The notes under the pieces: generated by a model
What the model was told of the DNA's origin: nothing
Database searches by the model: none
Seen by the model: the letters and a program-made list of their open reading frames with translations, nothing else
Program-made: the position numbers and the translations under genes
Shown here: piece by piece, positions 38,251 to 52,400 of the stretch
Layout of the letters: each line of letters opens with the position of its first letter
Numbering within the stretch: position 1 is the first letter of the stretch
Assembly (NCBI RefSeq): GCF_009914755.1
Contig: NC_060934.1
Source of the DNA: the human T2T-CHM13v2.0 reference genome, Homo sapiens
Strand: one strand, 5' to 3'
DNA: 64,000 nt

Positions 38251-40401
38251 TTCCAGTGGGTTTCTGTTAACATGTAAGCCCCTGGGAGCAGGCAGCCAGC
38301 TTCCTCTTGGGGGCCACTCCCCACACTGGTTAGGAGCATGGTATTAGGAGTACCACAGAAGAGTTTGAATCCTGCTCTTACCACTTACATCTGTGTGTCA
38401 CTGGGAAGCTTACTGTCTCTGATCAAATGCATGTGGTGCTGACACAAGGTCCCCACTGTGCAGGTGATATGGGACAGTCCGCCTATACATTGCACGCACC
38501 AGGGGGAGCTAACCCCTGTGGTCATTACCTTGAGACACTCTCTCCCTTGTCCAGGGTCATCTTTCAGGTGGATATGGAGCTGCCTAGGTGCTGGGATAAG
38601 AGGCTGGATGGGTGAAGAGGAATCATAGGGAGGTGAATGGGATGGGGAAAAAAGTTGGATAGAGAGGAAGGAGAAGGGAAAAAAGGAGAGGGGTCTTTTC
38701 CCCTCATACTGTCTCCTTCCATCCTCAGTGTAGTCCTTCCAGTTGGTAAGAAAGGTGTGATTGTCTTCATGTTAGAGCTGGGGAAAAAACACCCAGAGAG
38801 GTTCAGTGACTTGTCCAAGGTCACACAGCTTGTCTCACATCTTACGGCTCTTGTCTGCCCCCCAAAGCAAGCCCAAATGCATTTAACCCTTGGAATAGAC
38901 ACTCAGGGTTTGGGGTTTTACTGCCCGGCTGCTGCCTTTAGAGGAGCCGGCCCTGAGATGAAAAGGTGGAAGCAGGGAGGGTGTTTGGTTAGGGGAGGGA
39001 TTCATCCAAGATGACCTTTATTGTGTTCTAGCACCTCCAGCCTCCCACAAAGCTTCTGTTCACATCAGCAACCCAATCTCAGTCCTGCATGGGAAAACAC
39101 AAAAATCTTTAAGGGCTCCTTAGCGGCTAGAACTGATTGTTTTTTCCTTTCCTGGTCAAGGCTGGGGCAGGGCCAGGGCAATGGGAGAAGAATAATAAAT
39201 TCTTCTAAAGCATTGTCTTTCTCCTCACCTCCCCCAAACCACCAGATCCCTCAAACTCGGGGACTACCAAACCTTAGAAAAAAATATTCCGCCCAACACA
39301 GCCCAAAAGATGGAGATGGAGGGAAATGCAATAGCAGCTATTGGGGCGGAAAGCTCTAAATGGTGTGGAAGTAATGCCTAAAGTGTGCTGGCGATTACAG
39401 ACATTTCCACGGAGCCACACTCGGGAGGCACGGGTCGGAGCCAGCAGCCGGGGGGAAATAAATAAATAAGTGAGCAAGCCTTAGAGATCCCGTTTAACCG
39501 TTGCTGTGCAGAAGGGAGGGATGGGGCAGGTCACTGGTGAGGGGCAGGAGGAGGGTAGAGAGGCTCATTCATGTATTCTCCATCCATCCATCTATTCATT
39601 CAAATGTATTGAGTCCCTGGGATGTGCCAGGGATGTTGCAAAAACCTTTCTGTAGTGCTCTGAAGCTGACGACCAGAAGCCCGGAAGGCTGGCGGGGTCT
39701 CATCCCGGCCCCCTCTCCAGCCTCCCCTTAAAGATTCTTTCCCCTGCTCTTCTGTATTCCTGCACCTCCACCTTCTTTGTGGTCCCCAAGGGCACTAGGC
39801 CACAGGGCCTTTGCACGGCCTTTCTACTTCCCTGGAACACATCACCCTCCCCGTTTTTCATGAACTCCCAGCTTCCCCTGGGATCTTCCATTCCTAATTC
39901 ATCCCTCCTCCCAATGCAGAAAGATTTTTCTGTTCTTGGGCTTTCAGAGCAGCAGAGCTTCTATAGCTTTGACCTTGAGGTGTAATTACTCACATATATG
40001 CAGGACTATTTGATCACTGTTAGCTTCTTACGGGTGACTGTGAGCTCTGTGAAAGCAGGGGCAGGGACATGTGGCTTTCCACCGTGGACGGACCCTCAGG
40101 GCCTGGCGCACGGTGGGGACTCAGCGGATTTGTTGCAGGATGCCGTCCCTGCCCTCAGGGAGCTTCCTCCCGCTCCTCTGTAGCCCATATCCTTTAAGAG
40201 AGGAATTCCATGAACCAGCCCTTGGTGTGCTCTCTTCCAAGACCCGTGCTGAAGGTAGCTCAGAAGTGCGGTTCGAGCTCCCTGCCAGGCCGTGGGAGAA
40301 GGGCTGAGTCTGGCCTCGTCAGTCAAAGGCAGCTAGGGGCAAAAGGAGGATGCCTTGCTCAGGGCTACTGGAGGAAATCGCGTCATCTAATGGGGCTGGA
40401 G

Positions 40402-41195
40402 TGTGGTAAGCAGAGTAATGCCCCCTTGCCCACCAAAGATGGCCACATCAGAATTCCTGGAACCTGTGACTGTGTGACCCCACATGGAAAAGGGGATTTT
40501 GCGGTTAAGGACCTCTCTGTGAGGCCTCTGTAATCACCAGGGTCCTTATAAGAAGCAGGTAGGAGGGTCAGAGGAGAAGACATGACAGTGGATGCAGAGG
40601 TGAGTGTTGGGATCTGAGGTTGTTATGTTGCTGGCTTTGAGGATGGAGGAAGAGGACAGGAGCCAAAGAATGTGGGTGTCCTCTAGAAACTGAAAAAGGG
40701 AGGGAAACAGATTTCCCTTGGAGCCTCCAGAAGGAACGCAGCCCTGCGACACCTGTATTTTATTTCATTTTATTATTTACTTATTTTCTGAGACAGAGTC
40801 TTACTCTGTCACCCAGGCTCTAGTATAGTCTCAGCTCACTGCAACCTCTGCCTCTTGGGTGCAAGTGATTCTGCTGCCTCAGCTTCCCAAGTAGCTGGGA
40901 TTACAGGCGTGCACCACCATGCCCAGCTAATTTTTGTATTTTTAGTAGAGACTGGGTTTCACCATTTGGCCAGGCTGGCCTTGAACTACTGACTTCAAGT
41001 GATCTGCCCACCTCGGCCCCCCAAAGTGCTGGGATTACAGGCGTGAGCCACTGTGCCCGGCCGACACCTGGATTTTAGCCCCCTGAGGCCCATGTTGGAC
41101 TTCTGACCTTTAGAACCACAAGGTGATAAATCTGTGTTGTTTTAAGCCACTACGTATGTAGTAACTTGTTACAGCAGCCATAGGAAACTGACTCA
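40402..41195 (+). mobile_element. MLT1D-like MaLR solo LTR interrupted by an Alu
   Basis: TGTGGTAAGCAGAGTAATGCC...CCTGGAACCTGTG...GAGCCTCCAGAAGGAACGCAGCCCTG...TTGTTACAGCAGCCATAGGAAACTGACTCA. Confidence 0.88.
40763..41062 (-). mobile_element. AluS (Sz/Sx-like)
   Basis: Full Alu with TSD GACACCTG(T/G)ATTTTA at 40748-40762 and 41063-41077. Confidence 0.93.
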
Positions 41196-44100
41196 AGGTG
41201 CTTTGGAGGCAGAGCAGTGGGACATGTGTTCTAAAGTGCACCCCTGAAGCACCCCCAGGCTCTGCCTGCCTTGCTTCTCTGTGGCCTTCAGGCAGGAGGA
41301 TGGAAGCAGGTTGTCTGCACAACAGTGGGAGGCTGGTGGTTTTTGGGAACAATCCACGAGGGCCAGCCGTGGGCAGAGCATCCAGGACTAGGGAGGGTAG
41401 CTGGCTGGGAAGAGGCCCCATGGAAGCCAGTAGGGGTGGAGTGGTAGAGTCCAGGAACCCAGAGCTGCCAGCTGCAGGCAGGAACCCATACCATAGGTGT
41501 GGAGAGAGGGAGAGATGGCAGGTACGGGGTGCTGGTGGTGCTACATCCAACAAGTGGCCACCACACTGCTGGGACACCACAGAGGAGGGTTCAGCGGGGG
41601 CCTGAGCATCCGTGACCCTCCTGGGAAACCTGGCTTCTTGGCAGCAGCCCAGAAACCAGAGAAAGAGGCGTCCCTGCTTGGCTTGCTACAGCAGAGTGGC
41701 AGAGGCATGCTAGAGTGTTGCTTCCATGTGCCAACCCCACCCTCATTCATTCATTCATCTACTCACTCACCAAACATTGCCTGAGGGCCTGCTGGGTGCC
41801 AAGCCCATGCTTGGTGCTGGGGACCCAAGAGGAATGAGTCCCTGGCCTCCAGCAGATCCTGGCTGAAAGCCTTCACCCACAGCAACAGGATGCAAGACCC
41901 AGTGCTTGAGGACCCAGATAGCCACCAGCAAAAGCTCGGCCCTCTGCATCGCTGAGGGGGTGGAGCAGGGGGTTCACCCATCCCAGCTTTGGTGCTACAA
42001 GAAAGCCGGGCCCTGCCTTGGTTCCCAAGTCCCTGGTCCTCCTGTGGCATGTATCAAGCACATCTTCCTCTAGGCGGTAGAATTGGGTCAAATGAGCTTC
42101 AGATGAGCCTAGCAAAGTGGCTGTCCCTGTCCTGTCCCACCCCTACACTTGCCCCCACTGCAGCATCCAGCGCTCACCTGCGGCTCTCCACGTGGGCCCA
42201 GGAGGCAGGAAGAGGGACTGCCTGGGTCCAAGGTGAGCAGAGGGACTTCCCCCGTTTCTGAGTTATCTGTCTGCTTCTCTATTTCTGAGGTGGGCGGAGG
42301 CCCCAAAAGATGGAAAAGGGCTGCCTGAAGTTAGGGGCATGAAGGAGGAAGGGGCAGGGCACAGGCCTGGCATGGGCTCAGATAGACCGTTCCCTGCACT
42401 GACCTCCTTCTCCAGTTTCTGCTTATGCCACTCGTATGACACCTGGGACCTCTTAGTCTCAAGCTCCAGGATTCACAAATGATAAAAAATGGGGTCTGTA
42501 TCTTATCATTTCCTTGAACCTCTAAAGCCCAGGGGTACTGGATGGAGGGGAAACGCTGAACAGCAATAATAATAACGATCATGGAGACCGCATGCGTCAC
42601 TCGGGTGCTTTTTATAACCAATCTATGGCCAAGGCGTTGGGATTCTCCCTCTTTTAAAAATGAGGAAGCTGGGGCTCAGAGAGGTTAAGTCTTGCCCACG
42701 TCACAGAGCAGAGATGGGATGTGGACTCTGTCAGTCACTCCCAGCACCCCTTACCATGCTGCACCTCTATTGACCAAGGGCTGGGCTGCAGAGGTGTTTA
42801 TGTCTCGAGTGTCGGGCGCATGTGGCCGGGGTTCTCAGAGAACCCAGCAGATGACAGACCATTGTGAGAGTGGTGCTGGGCTCGTAGGGCAGGACACCTG
42901 GACTGTGGCACCTTGCAGCCTTCCTGAGGTCTCCCACCACCCCTCTCTCCAGCCCCACCCCAGTGCCCTAGGTCAGCGTAGGACAGAGTGGGGTGGGGAT
43001 GCCAGACACCTCTCTCAGTCTTAGAGAGCCAGGCTGGGCAGCTTGTTCCTGGAGAGACAGCCTCCCGCCCCTGCACAGGGCACGCACGCGTGCACACACC
43101 TCAGTTGCCACAGCCGCCCTGCCTCCTTCTGTCCCGGGTGTCTCCCTCACGGGTCAGTGCCCCCAAGTGCTAAATCATGAGCAAATCAGCCACAGCCAGC
43201 GGGAGGCCAGCAGGACACAGGGAGGGAATGCTGCCATCAAGGCCATTAGCACTGAGCTTGCCAGGTCGACGCAGCACAGCTGATTGGAAGAGAGCAGCCC
43301 AGCCTCCTCCTCTGGGCCCTGTGTGTAGCCCTTCAAGGTGTGACGTGGGACGGGACAGTGTGGGATGTGTGTGCTGTCTGATCATTCACTGGGCGTGCAC
43401 AGTTCATGGCCTGGATGCTTGGTTTTGTCTCCCTGTGAGAACAGTGTCCACATGGGGACAGCTTCTCCCATGCCTGGGGTGGTTTAGAGGTGTTCCATCT
43501 TGAATATAGCAGAGAAGCAAGACCAGGGCACCAGGAGTTAGCCAGGCCTGGGTATGAATTCTGACCCTGTGCAAGTGATTTCGCCTCTCTGAGCCTCAGT
43601 TTTTCTCATGTGAAATGGGGACGATCACAAACTTTATAAGGCTTCTGCAATGCACATGAAGCACTTAGGAACAGGACTTGCCTGCTGCAGGGGACCCTTG
43701 CATGTCACTTCCAGCATAGAAGAGGAGAGATCAGTTTGCGTCCACCTGGACCCTTTTGGCTGGAGCAGACCTCACCTCCCTGGTCCCCATGGCTGGACTG
43801 GGATGTTTCCATATGCTTGGGGGCCTCTCATCTCATCTCTCTGGGCCTCAGTTTACCCATCTGTGCAGTGGGGTTAGTAACTTTGACTCTGGCTAGCTTC
43901 CCGGCTGGTCAGTGTTATAAGAAACACATGAGCCAAAGGGTGTGTAATGGCATGTAAACCAAGAGTCTATCTCTCCAGGCCGTGGCCTGGCTGAATAATG
44001 CCATCATGCCATGGCACTAAAAGGGTCTCGTAGCATTCCTGTGCCCAGAAAGAGAAGACAGGGCTACTGTGACAAGAAAGACCATCCTGGGGTAGGTGGG

Positions 44101-44954
44101 GTATGTCACTCCACCGCCAGGCCTCTTGGGACTTGGGTCTCGGTGTTCTCTCCCTAAAGAAGGTCATGGGTCAATCAAATTCTAACAGTTAATGTAGAGG
44201 CAGGGCGTATGTTGGTAAACTGAGGTCCAGGACCTCAGTGCCCCCTCGGCCTGGCCAGTGCCTTGGGACGGGTCCCTTCCCATAACTCACCCAGAGGGCT
44301 GAGCAGTGACTGTCAGGCAGGCAGGCCCGTCCCTTCTGCACGGCTGGCCTTGCAGCCGGCCTGCGGCAGACACAGCTTTTTTGTTTTTGGTTAAAAAGCC
44401 TCATCGGAGCGTTATGATATTGGAATGTGAAGGGTAATTGAGCTGAAAGCTATTCTCTTCCTGCGACCAGCGCGATAGGAGTGATTGAGGTGCCCGGGCC
44501 TCCGCAGCAGCCTGGGAATCCTGATGAAAGGTCTGTGGAGAGATAGGGGTCTATTGGCAAGGAGTAGAGCCAGGCCCCCAGAACCCTGTTCCCCACCCTG
44601 GGGGCCCAAGCCTGCCCTGCAACATGCTCCCCTGGGACTCTGAGCTGCCAGGCTGGGCCTCCGCCCACCTGGGGCAGATAGCCAAAGCCCCCACATGCTG
44701 GGGATGGGGGAGGGTCTCTGATGATAGGTCTTTGAGCAGGGGGATGGGGCACTGCACTAAAACCAGCAGAACAGGTTGTTTCCTGTGTCCCCAAGCCCCC
44801 TGCTCACTGCTTTGTCTTTGGTTAGCACACGTCTGTTTCCCCTGTTCTATGGGAGGGTCTCTCTCTCTCTACTTTGAGTCTCTCTTCCCCCATGTTCTAC
44901 TCCACCTCTGCCACTATTTGGACAACCCCAGTGTTTTCTCAGCCGTATTTTAAC

Positions 44955-45100
44955 ACACATGTGAGTCAGCTGAGCATTTGTTAAAATGTGGATCCTGATT
45001 CAGTAGCTCTGGGTGGGGCCTGAGACTCTGTTTCCACTAAGCTCCCAGGCGATGCCAGTGCTGCTGGTCCTCCGACCTCACTTTGAAGACAAAGGTTCTA
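44955..45100. mobile_element. MER5A-like MITE
   Basis: TTGTTAAAATGTGGATCCTGATTCAGTAGCTCTGGGTGGGGCCTGAGA...CACTTTGA. Confidence 0.7.
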
Positions 45101-45813
45101 GGAAGCAGCCAGGGCCATGGGCCAAGCAAGAGTGACCCAGATGTTCAACACAGGACTCAGCTGGGAGGGACCCACCCAGGGTGGCAACAGCCAGTTCTGG
45201 AGCAGGGCCGCCCTCTGGGGTCATGCACGTAGTACCCGGTGCAGGGAGGAGAGCGCTGGTGAGATGCAGCCCAGCACTGCTCACTGCTCAGGAAGCTGCG
45301 TATCCTGGAGCGGGGTGGCCTTGTCTGGAGGAAGGAGCATGCTTTTCTCGGCACAGAGGGGCCATTTTTTCATGGAGCTTTGCACTCATAGGGTAGGGTC
45401 CACTCTGAAGGGTATGTTTTTCTAAGTTGTCACAAAAGCACCAGATGGCATGTTTCTGCATATCCCTATTCCTCCCTCCGTCACACACCCTTCCAATCTC
45501 AGAACATCTAGCAGAACATGGAAATCAAGGAGAAGGGAAACTAGAGTGTATCACACTCATACTTTAAGACTGTCTCTCCCTTACTCGCCCCCAGCTCCAC
45601 CTGGCTGGGTGGCTCCCGGCCACCTGAGCCCTACAAGCCCAAGAAACAGGCCCTTTCCTGCCTCCCACCTCCTCCTTACCCACGGAACTCAGCTGGAAGG
45701 GTTAAGCTAGGACAGGCCCCTCTCACCCAGCCTGGGGTGGGAACAGGTCTGCTGCAAGGAGGAGGTCCTTAAGGAAAGAGACTCTGACCCACCCACCCCA
45801 GCCTGCAGCTTAC

Positions 45814-45867
45814 CCCTCTCTGAGGTCCACTTGTAACTCCCTCTGGGGCTGGATGGAGACTCAGGCA
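45814..45867 (+). repeat. 54-bp dispersed direct repeat, copy 1
   Basis: 53/54 identical to 48417-48470. Confidence 0.95.
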
Positions 45868-45871
45868 TTTG

Positions 45872-45889
45872 CACACATACACACATACA

Positions 45890-45928
<39 letters not shown>
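45872..45928. repeat. (CA)n microsatellite, imperfect 5' part
   Basis: Read directly. Confidence 0.95.
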
Positions 45929-45931
<3 letters not shown>

Positions 45932-48416
45932 CCCCAGACTCAGTCTCTGCCTGGCCGGTTATTAATTGCCATGCGGGCTGAGCTGAATGGGTCCCATTAA
46001 TATATGCTTCAGCAGCTCCTAGGAGCCCGGGCTGGTGCTGGGATGCCACAGCTTATCTCTGTCAGCCAGGCTTTCCTTACACAGGACTCCACTGGCATGT
46101 AACAAGCCCTCCTTGGGGGCTCTGGACCCGTCGGCCAGGCTGGGTGAGGAGAGAGAGGCCCACCTTTCCCGGCTCTGTCTGGCCAGCTCAGGCCTTCCTC
46201 TCACCCTGCCGGTGCCCACAGTGGGGCCTCTCAGCAGCCGGAGTCACAGTCCCAGGACAGGTGAATAGGCCTCTGCAGACTGCCAAGCCGTTCTCCACCC
46301 GCCGCCTGGCCTGAAGCACCCCCTTTCCACTCTGTGTTGCTCTGCCAAGGACCGTGGGGATTGTGCTGTCATTCTTGTTGCCTGGCTGGCATGGCATCGG
46401 GGGGCAGGTGTGTGAGGCTGGGTCTCTCGAGGTCTTGCAGGTGAGCAGAGCTATCACATATTTCTCCCTCTTTCCCAAGCACCTACAATTCCGACAGCCT
46501 CTCATCTCACATGTCCCCAACCAGGGTTGGCATTCACAGCCTTCGTGACCATCAGAAGAGGGAGGAGTCAGAACACTCATCTCCCCAACCTTCTGTCCGA
46601 CCAATGCACAGCATCATGTGCAGTTAATCCTTACCGAACATGTCCCATGGGCCAGAAACTGTGCTCAGCACTTTCTAGGCATCGTTTCATTCTTCGACCA
46701 CCTTGGAGGAAGGCTCATTCACTCTTCCCATCATGTAGATAAAAAAGCAGAGACCCAGAATGTGACTGCCCTGGGTTACACAGCTGGCCAGCAGACCTCA
46801 GAATATGCATGATACATAGAGAGCCTGTCTGAACACCTTGCTTTGGCATGAGGCTCTCGGCTCTGTGGCAAGTTCAGGCATCTCTACATCATAAGAAAAT
46901 TCCTCCTATGTCAAGCTGGTATAGGCTTCCCTGCCATTTGCACCACATGGTTCCAGATTTGCTGGTTGGGATAGGGTCTATGACAGTTCACCCCTAAGAG
47001 GCTGCCACGGGGTTGAACCCAGCCCTTGGGCCCAGCAGCAGCAGCGTGTGAACCTCTGACTAGCTTGTAACTGGCTTACCAGGGTTTATAAAGAGCAAAG
47101 AGGCCTCAGAGCTGTCCTTCATTTGCCAAGACTCCCCCAGCTGCGGACCCTTGGGCTGCATTCTAGCTTTTTGCCAGTGCAAACAATCGGTGTCCCCTCA
47201 TTCCCTGCATAAGGTCATAAGCCCAGCATCACCTCTTCATGATTCTGAACCTCCATTGACACCCACGTGTCTCTAAAAATATTGTATTTTCCAATTCTAA
47301 GATGCCCATTTGCCCCTTATTTTAAAATATATGCAGTTGAAATGTGTGTGAGTTAGTCGCCCACAGCCTTTGCCTGCACAAGTAGTAGCTGCACTCACCC
47401 CACTAGAGTGACTGCTCTGTGCTCATTAGCCTTGGGAAAGTGGGCATGGCTTACCCTTCCCAGCCCTAGGGTAGGGATGGGGAGCCAGGCTGGGTAGGGA
47501 GGGGGAGCTGAGGTAGCGGCTGAGGACCAGAGAGCCTCCATGGCCCATCACTGCCCTTGTCTTCCTAGCCATAGACAACACCCATATTTGGCACTTCCTG
47601 TGCAGGCAGGAAGTGGTGACATTTTTGACTCCTACACATAGATTGGTTCTGTGTCACTGTGGTGCCTCAGGGTCAGCTTTGAACCAAGATCTTCTTTATA
47701 CCTTTGGTCTCTGAATGTGTGATTCAGAGCCAAAGAGGGGAACAACAGTGTCAGTGATTCCATTCTGCTCACAAATTTGATTTTCTAAGGAGTTGAAGAG
47801 TTTGGGGCTGGACTAAACGTTTCTCAGTCTTGTTCAAAAGACCCTTAGTCCCCAGGGAAACTACCAGCCAGCTCCTCCCAAAAATGGGGAGTCCCTCAGA
47901 GAGACCCCAGAGCAAAAGGTAGGAAAAGCTGTTTGGGAGCCAGGAAGGAGGGGCTGAGACTCCTCCAGGGGCCTAAGATGGGGAAGTGAGTTAGCTTGAG
48001 GCATCAGGACCTTTGCAGGAAGCCCAGTCAGCCTTCTCCTTCCCCAACAACAGCCATTCCCAGAAGCCCTTGGGCAAGGAGCCTCTAATTGATGAACTTG
48101 TTCCTCTGTAGCTGTCACACGTCTTCAGTTCATTACAGCCCCATCTGCCTCTCACAGAGACTGCTCTCCGCCAGCCTCCTGGCTGCGTCTAAGGGAGAGA
48201 GCGCCTGCAACCGAGCAGCTGGGCTCTGAGGCCCCGATTACCTTGGAGAGTCCAATCAGGGTAATGGCAGGCCCTTCTTTAGGAGCACTGAGCGTCAGGG
48301 GTGGAGGGGAGCAGGTGGAACTTGGAGAGGTGAGTTAACCCTTAGCCTTCCAGATCCAGAGGCTGGGGATCTGTGCCAGCCAGGCACACCCCATGGCAGA
48401 AGCCCTCCCAGAGGGG

Positions 48417-48470
48417 CCCTCTCTGAGGTCCACTTTTAACTCCCTCTGGGGCTGGATGGAGACTCAGGCA
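48417..48470 (+). repeat. 54-bp dispersed direct repeat, copy 2
   Basis: 53/54 identical to 45814-45867. Confidence 0.95.
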
Positions 48471-48527
48471 ACCTGACCTTTTGAGTCCCCAGCCCTGAGC
48501 TTTCCTTATACTAAGGCCTTCTGATGA

Positions 48528-49052
<525 letters not shown>

Positions 49053-49361
49053 TGATTCTCATCCTGTTTCTGCCATCAGTCAGTTGACTTTGAGTGTCAC
49101 TTATTATCTGGACCTTGGCTTCCTTGTCTGCATAATGAGGACAGGAATACCTCCCTGCCACCTCACAGGGTTAGGCCATGCCATGCTGTATTTAGCCTTT
49201 GATTTTATGGGTAACAAATTCAACAAATACTCAAATACTCATTGGCTTCTCGGATATGGAAGACACACAAATGAAACACCGCCCTGCCCCGCAGAAGCCT
49301 GTGGTCTAATGAGGGAGACAAGTAGAAACCCACGCAATTGTGACCCTAGGCTGGCTGGACA

Positions 49362-49362
<1 letters not shown>

Positions 49363-49414
<52 letters not shown>
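49363..49414. repeat. (CA)26 microsatellite
   Basis: Read directly. Confidence 0.97.
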
Positions 49415-49416
<2 letters not shown>

Positions 49417-52400
49417 GGCTGGGGCTGCAGAGGCCAGAAGGCACTTAGTTGGGGCAGCCTGTTAAAAGCGTAGGTGATTAGAGCTATGTGACACAGGACG
49501 CAGCACATCCCAGTCAGTGGTTTGGATTTTCTCCTCTTTGGCACTGGAGAGGTTGGAGGGCTTTGGGGTCAGGGAAGGATGCAGTTGTAGCTCTGCTTTT
49601 GGGAGGGGTCTCTGGTGGCTGCAGAGACGGTAGATGGGGTGGCAGAGCAAGACGTGCAAATAAATATTCTCTCCCCCAGCCCGCTCTCATTACCAGCTGT
49701 CTAAATCTATAACTCTGTTCTAGGAAAGAGATCTCATCCCACTTCCTATTTCCCAGCATTATTTTTTCCTGAGGTTTCAAAAAGCAGCACCTTTGAAGCT
49801 CCCACTGTCCCCTCCTCATTCCCGGCCAGGGTCTGAATTTTAACCATCCTATTTTCTTTACCGATTTTATGATAAACAGCCCAGTGTTTTCCCACACATT
49901 TCCTAAGTGTGTCAGGCTGTCCCTCAGGGCACTGCTGCATCCCTTTGCGCCGAGATGCCCAATCTTGTCCCCACCCTGGATACATGATTGTCCCCAGATC
50001 CCACTGGTTCCTTCCAGGTGGCCAGCATATTTCCAGCCCACCCCCGATCCATAAACTTTGGAGCCAAGTGTCCATCATCTCGGGCTGAATCTGGGTCAGG
50101 CTGGCTCATAAACTAGCCCACGGAACAGGCCCCTCAACTCCACCACAGAGCACCTGTCCTGATTTTTCACAGTTTTCTTGCCACTCTCATGTCTGGGGGT
50201 CTTGGCTGCCCCTAGCAACCACCACAGCGCTATCACTGCGGAGAAAAACTTCCCATCGCTGCGGAATCCCCACAGCCCCATCCTTGCTGCTCCCCTTACT
50301 CAAGTCGGTCTTTTGCTACTGATACAGAAATGAAATAATTCTACTGAAAACTCTCTGACCCCTACACTTTCTTGAAATACCTTTCATTCCTAAAGTTCAG
50401 AAGAATCCTGCCAGCTTGACAAGCAGACCCATCTGCATTTTCCAGCCCAGTTCTGCCACCACCCCCTATGTCAGAACCAACAGTTAAACTCATGTGATAG
50501 TCAGAGCCACTTCCCTGAAATGTTCGACCCCGTGACATTTTAAGGTTCTTTCCTTTGCCCTGACTTCTGCTGTCCAGTGGCTCTGTTCTGAGAATGGCAG
50601 TTGCTGCCTGTGCTGGAAGATATGACAGGTTTGGACATTGGCACAGCCCCAAAGTATTGCTCCAAACCAAGAAGCAAGGCTTGTGGGGAATCTGTGGGAT
50701 TCATTCTTGCTCTAAACTCCAGGGTCCTGGAGGCCCCTCCTGGTTTGGACAGGCTGAGGGAAGAGGTCCTTCCAGCTGAGGAAGCCAGTCATTCCTGGCC
50801 TGATGCCTGAAGAGCCCCTGTCTTCCCCTCCCCGTGTGGGCTGTCAGGAGAGGGCCCCTGGGGGCTGGGCTCACTTTGCCTGTGCCCTCCGCGGCTCTTC
50901 AGGGAAGCATGGCTGACTGCCTGCTCCATGCCCAGTCTTTTCCATCCAGACTGCTCATTGCACTTTTTATGGCTTGGAGCTGGTGGTTTATGGAGCAGGA
51001 GAAAGACAGCAGTAGGACTGAAGGAAGGGCAGACTGGTTGGGAGCGGGTGGATGGTGCTTGTAACCTCTGGGTAAGCCCAAAGACACTGTGTAAATTATA
51101 GCCTGTGTCTTGCTCCGGGCCCACTTTGCATTCCTGATCAGGTCTCCATGTTCTACCGGGAGGAGGGTGAGCTCTGATTCCCTCACACAGGGCGTGGCCC
51201 CTCCTGCCTTCCCCAGCCCGTTCCGGTGGTGAGGAGTCTTCGGAACCATGAGCACCACGAGTCAGCACCTCCTGCATGAGCCTGACTTCCAGGCCTAGTG
51301 GGCTTTGTGGCACTGTAGAAGGTTTCGCTCCACATCCTGGAAAACGCCAAGGAAAATGCCTCATGGTGAGGCCACTCAGGGGGTCTGAAGAAGTGGGAAG
51401 AAAGCTTCATCCATAGACAGACACCCTCGCATGGGCTTTCACCATGTGGAGCTCTGTGGGATAGGACTTGACCTGTGTTCTGCCTGGTAGCCAGTTCTGA
51501 GTGTTCCCCAGGCCAGCGGCAACTGTCCCTGGCTGGCTAGCTGGAGGAGATGGACCCTGATGTGAGCCCCAGGGCAGGGACTTGGTTATCTGCCAGGGCA
51601 CAGCTGGAGCCCACCCTGTCCCATGTGCCCTGAGGACATGAGGGTTTGAGCCAGGCAAGTGGCATTACATTTTCACTGTGCTCCGGCCCAGATGTGCTGC
51701 ATAGGCAGCTCTCTCCACACGGTGTTGAGTTGGGACACAGGGAAAGTGCCCATTACCAAAACAGACAATATCAGGCCAAGACAGACAGTCAGGGAAATGG
51801 CCAAGGAAAGGACACACGCTCTCGGCAGAAGTCCTCGATCTCCAGGCCTCGGGGCTGGTTGCCCGAGATCTGCATGGGCTGGGGGTCAGAAGGCAAGCAG
51901 AAGGTGCACGCGCCTTGCTGTGGCATGGCCCCTGCCCTCAGGAAGCCTGCGCTTGCATCGTGGGAAAGGGAACCAAACATAGAAGTGAGCATGGTGTCAT
52001 GGGGACAAGGAGGCACAGGGAGGGTTACTCCATGGAGAGCAGGCTGTAGGTGCTGACAGGCCTCTGTGGAAGGAGGGCTCGAGGCACCCTGAACGGTATG
52101 GCTTGATGGAGGCCAAGGCAATGAAGGGGACACATTTAGGGAGTGGACAGAGGAGCAGAAGGAGGAATGAGTTTGGTCTGACTGGGGCTAGTGAGGAGGA
52201 GGCTGGTTCAATGGAGCCAGAGAAGGCCCTGGGCAAGAGGGAGGGGTGGGCTGCGAACAGTGGAAGGAATAGACTGTGAGGGCTTTGAAAGGCAGGTTTG
52301 CTTTTGATGTAATGAAAATAGTGAGTCACTGAAGGTTTTAGAGTGACGGCATGACACAAATGAGAGTAGGCTGGGAGGAGGACGATCACGAAAACAGGAA

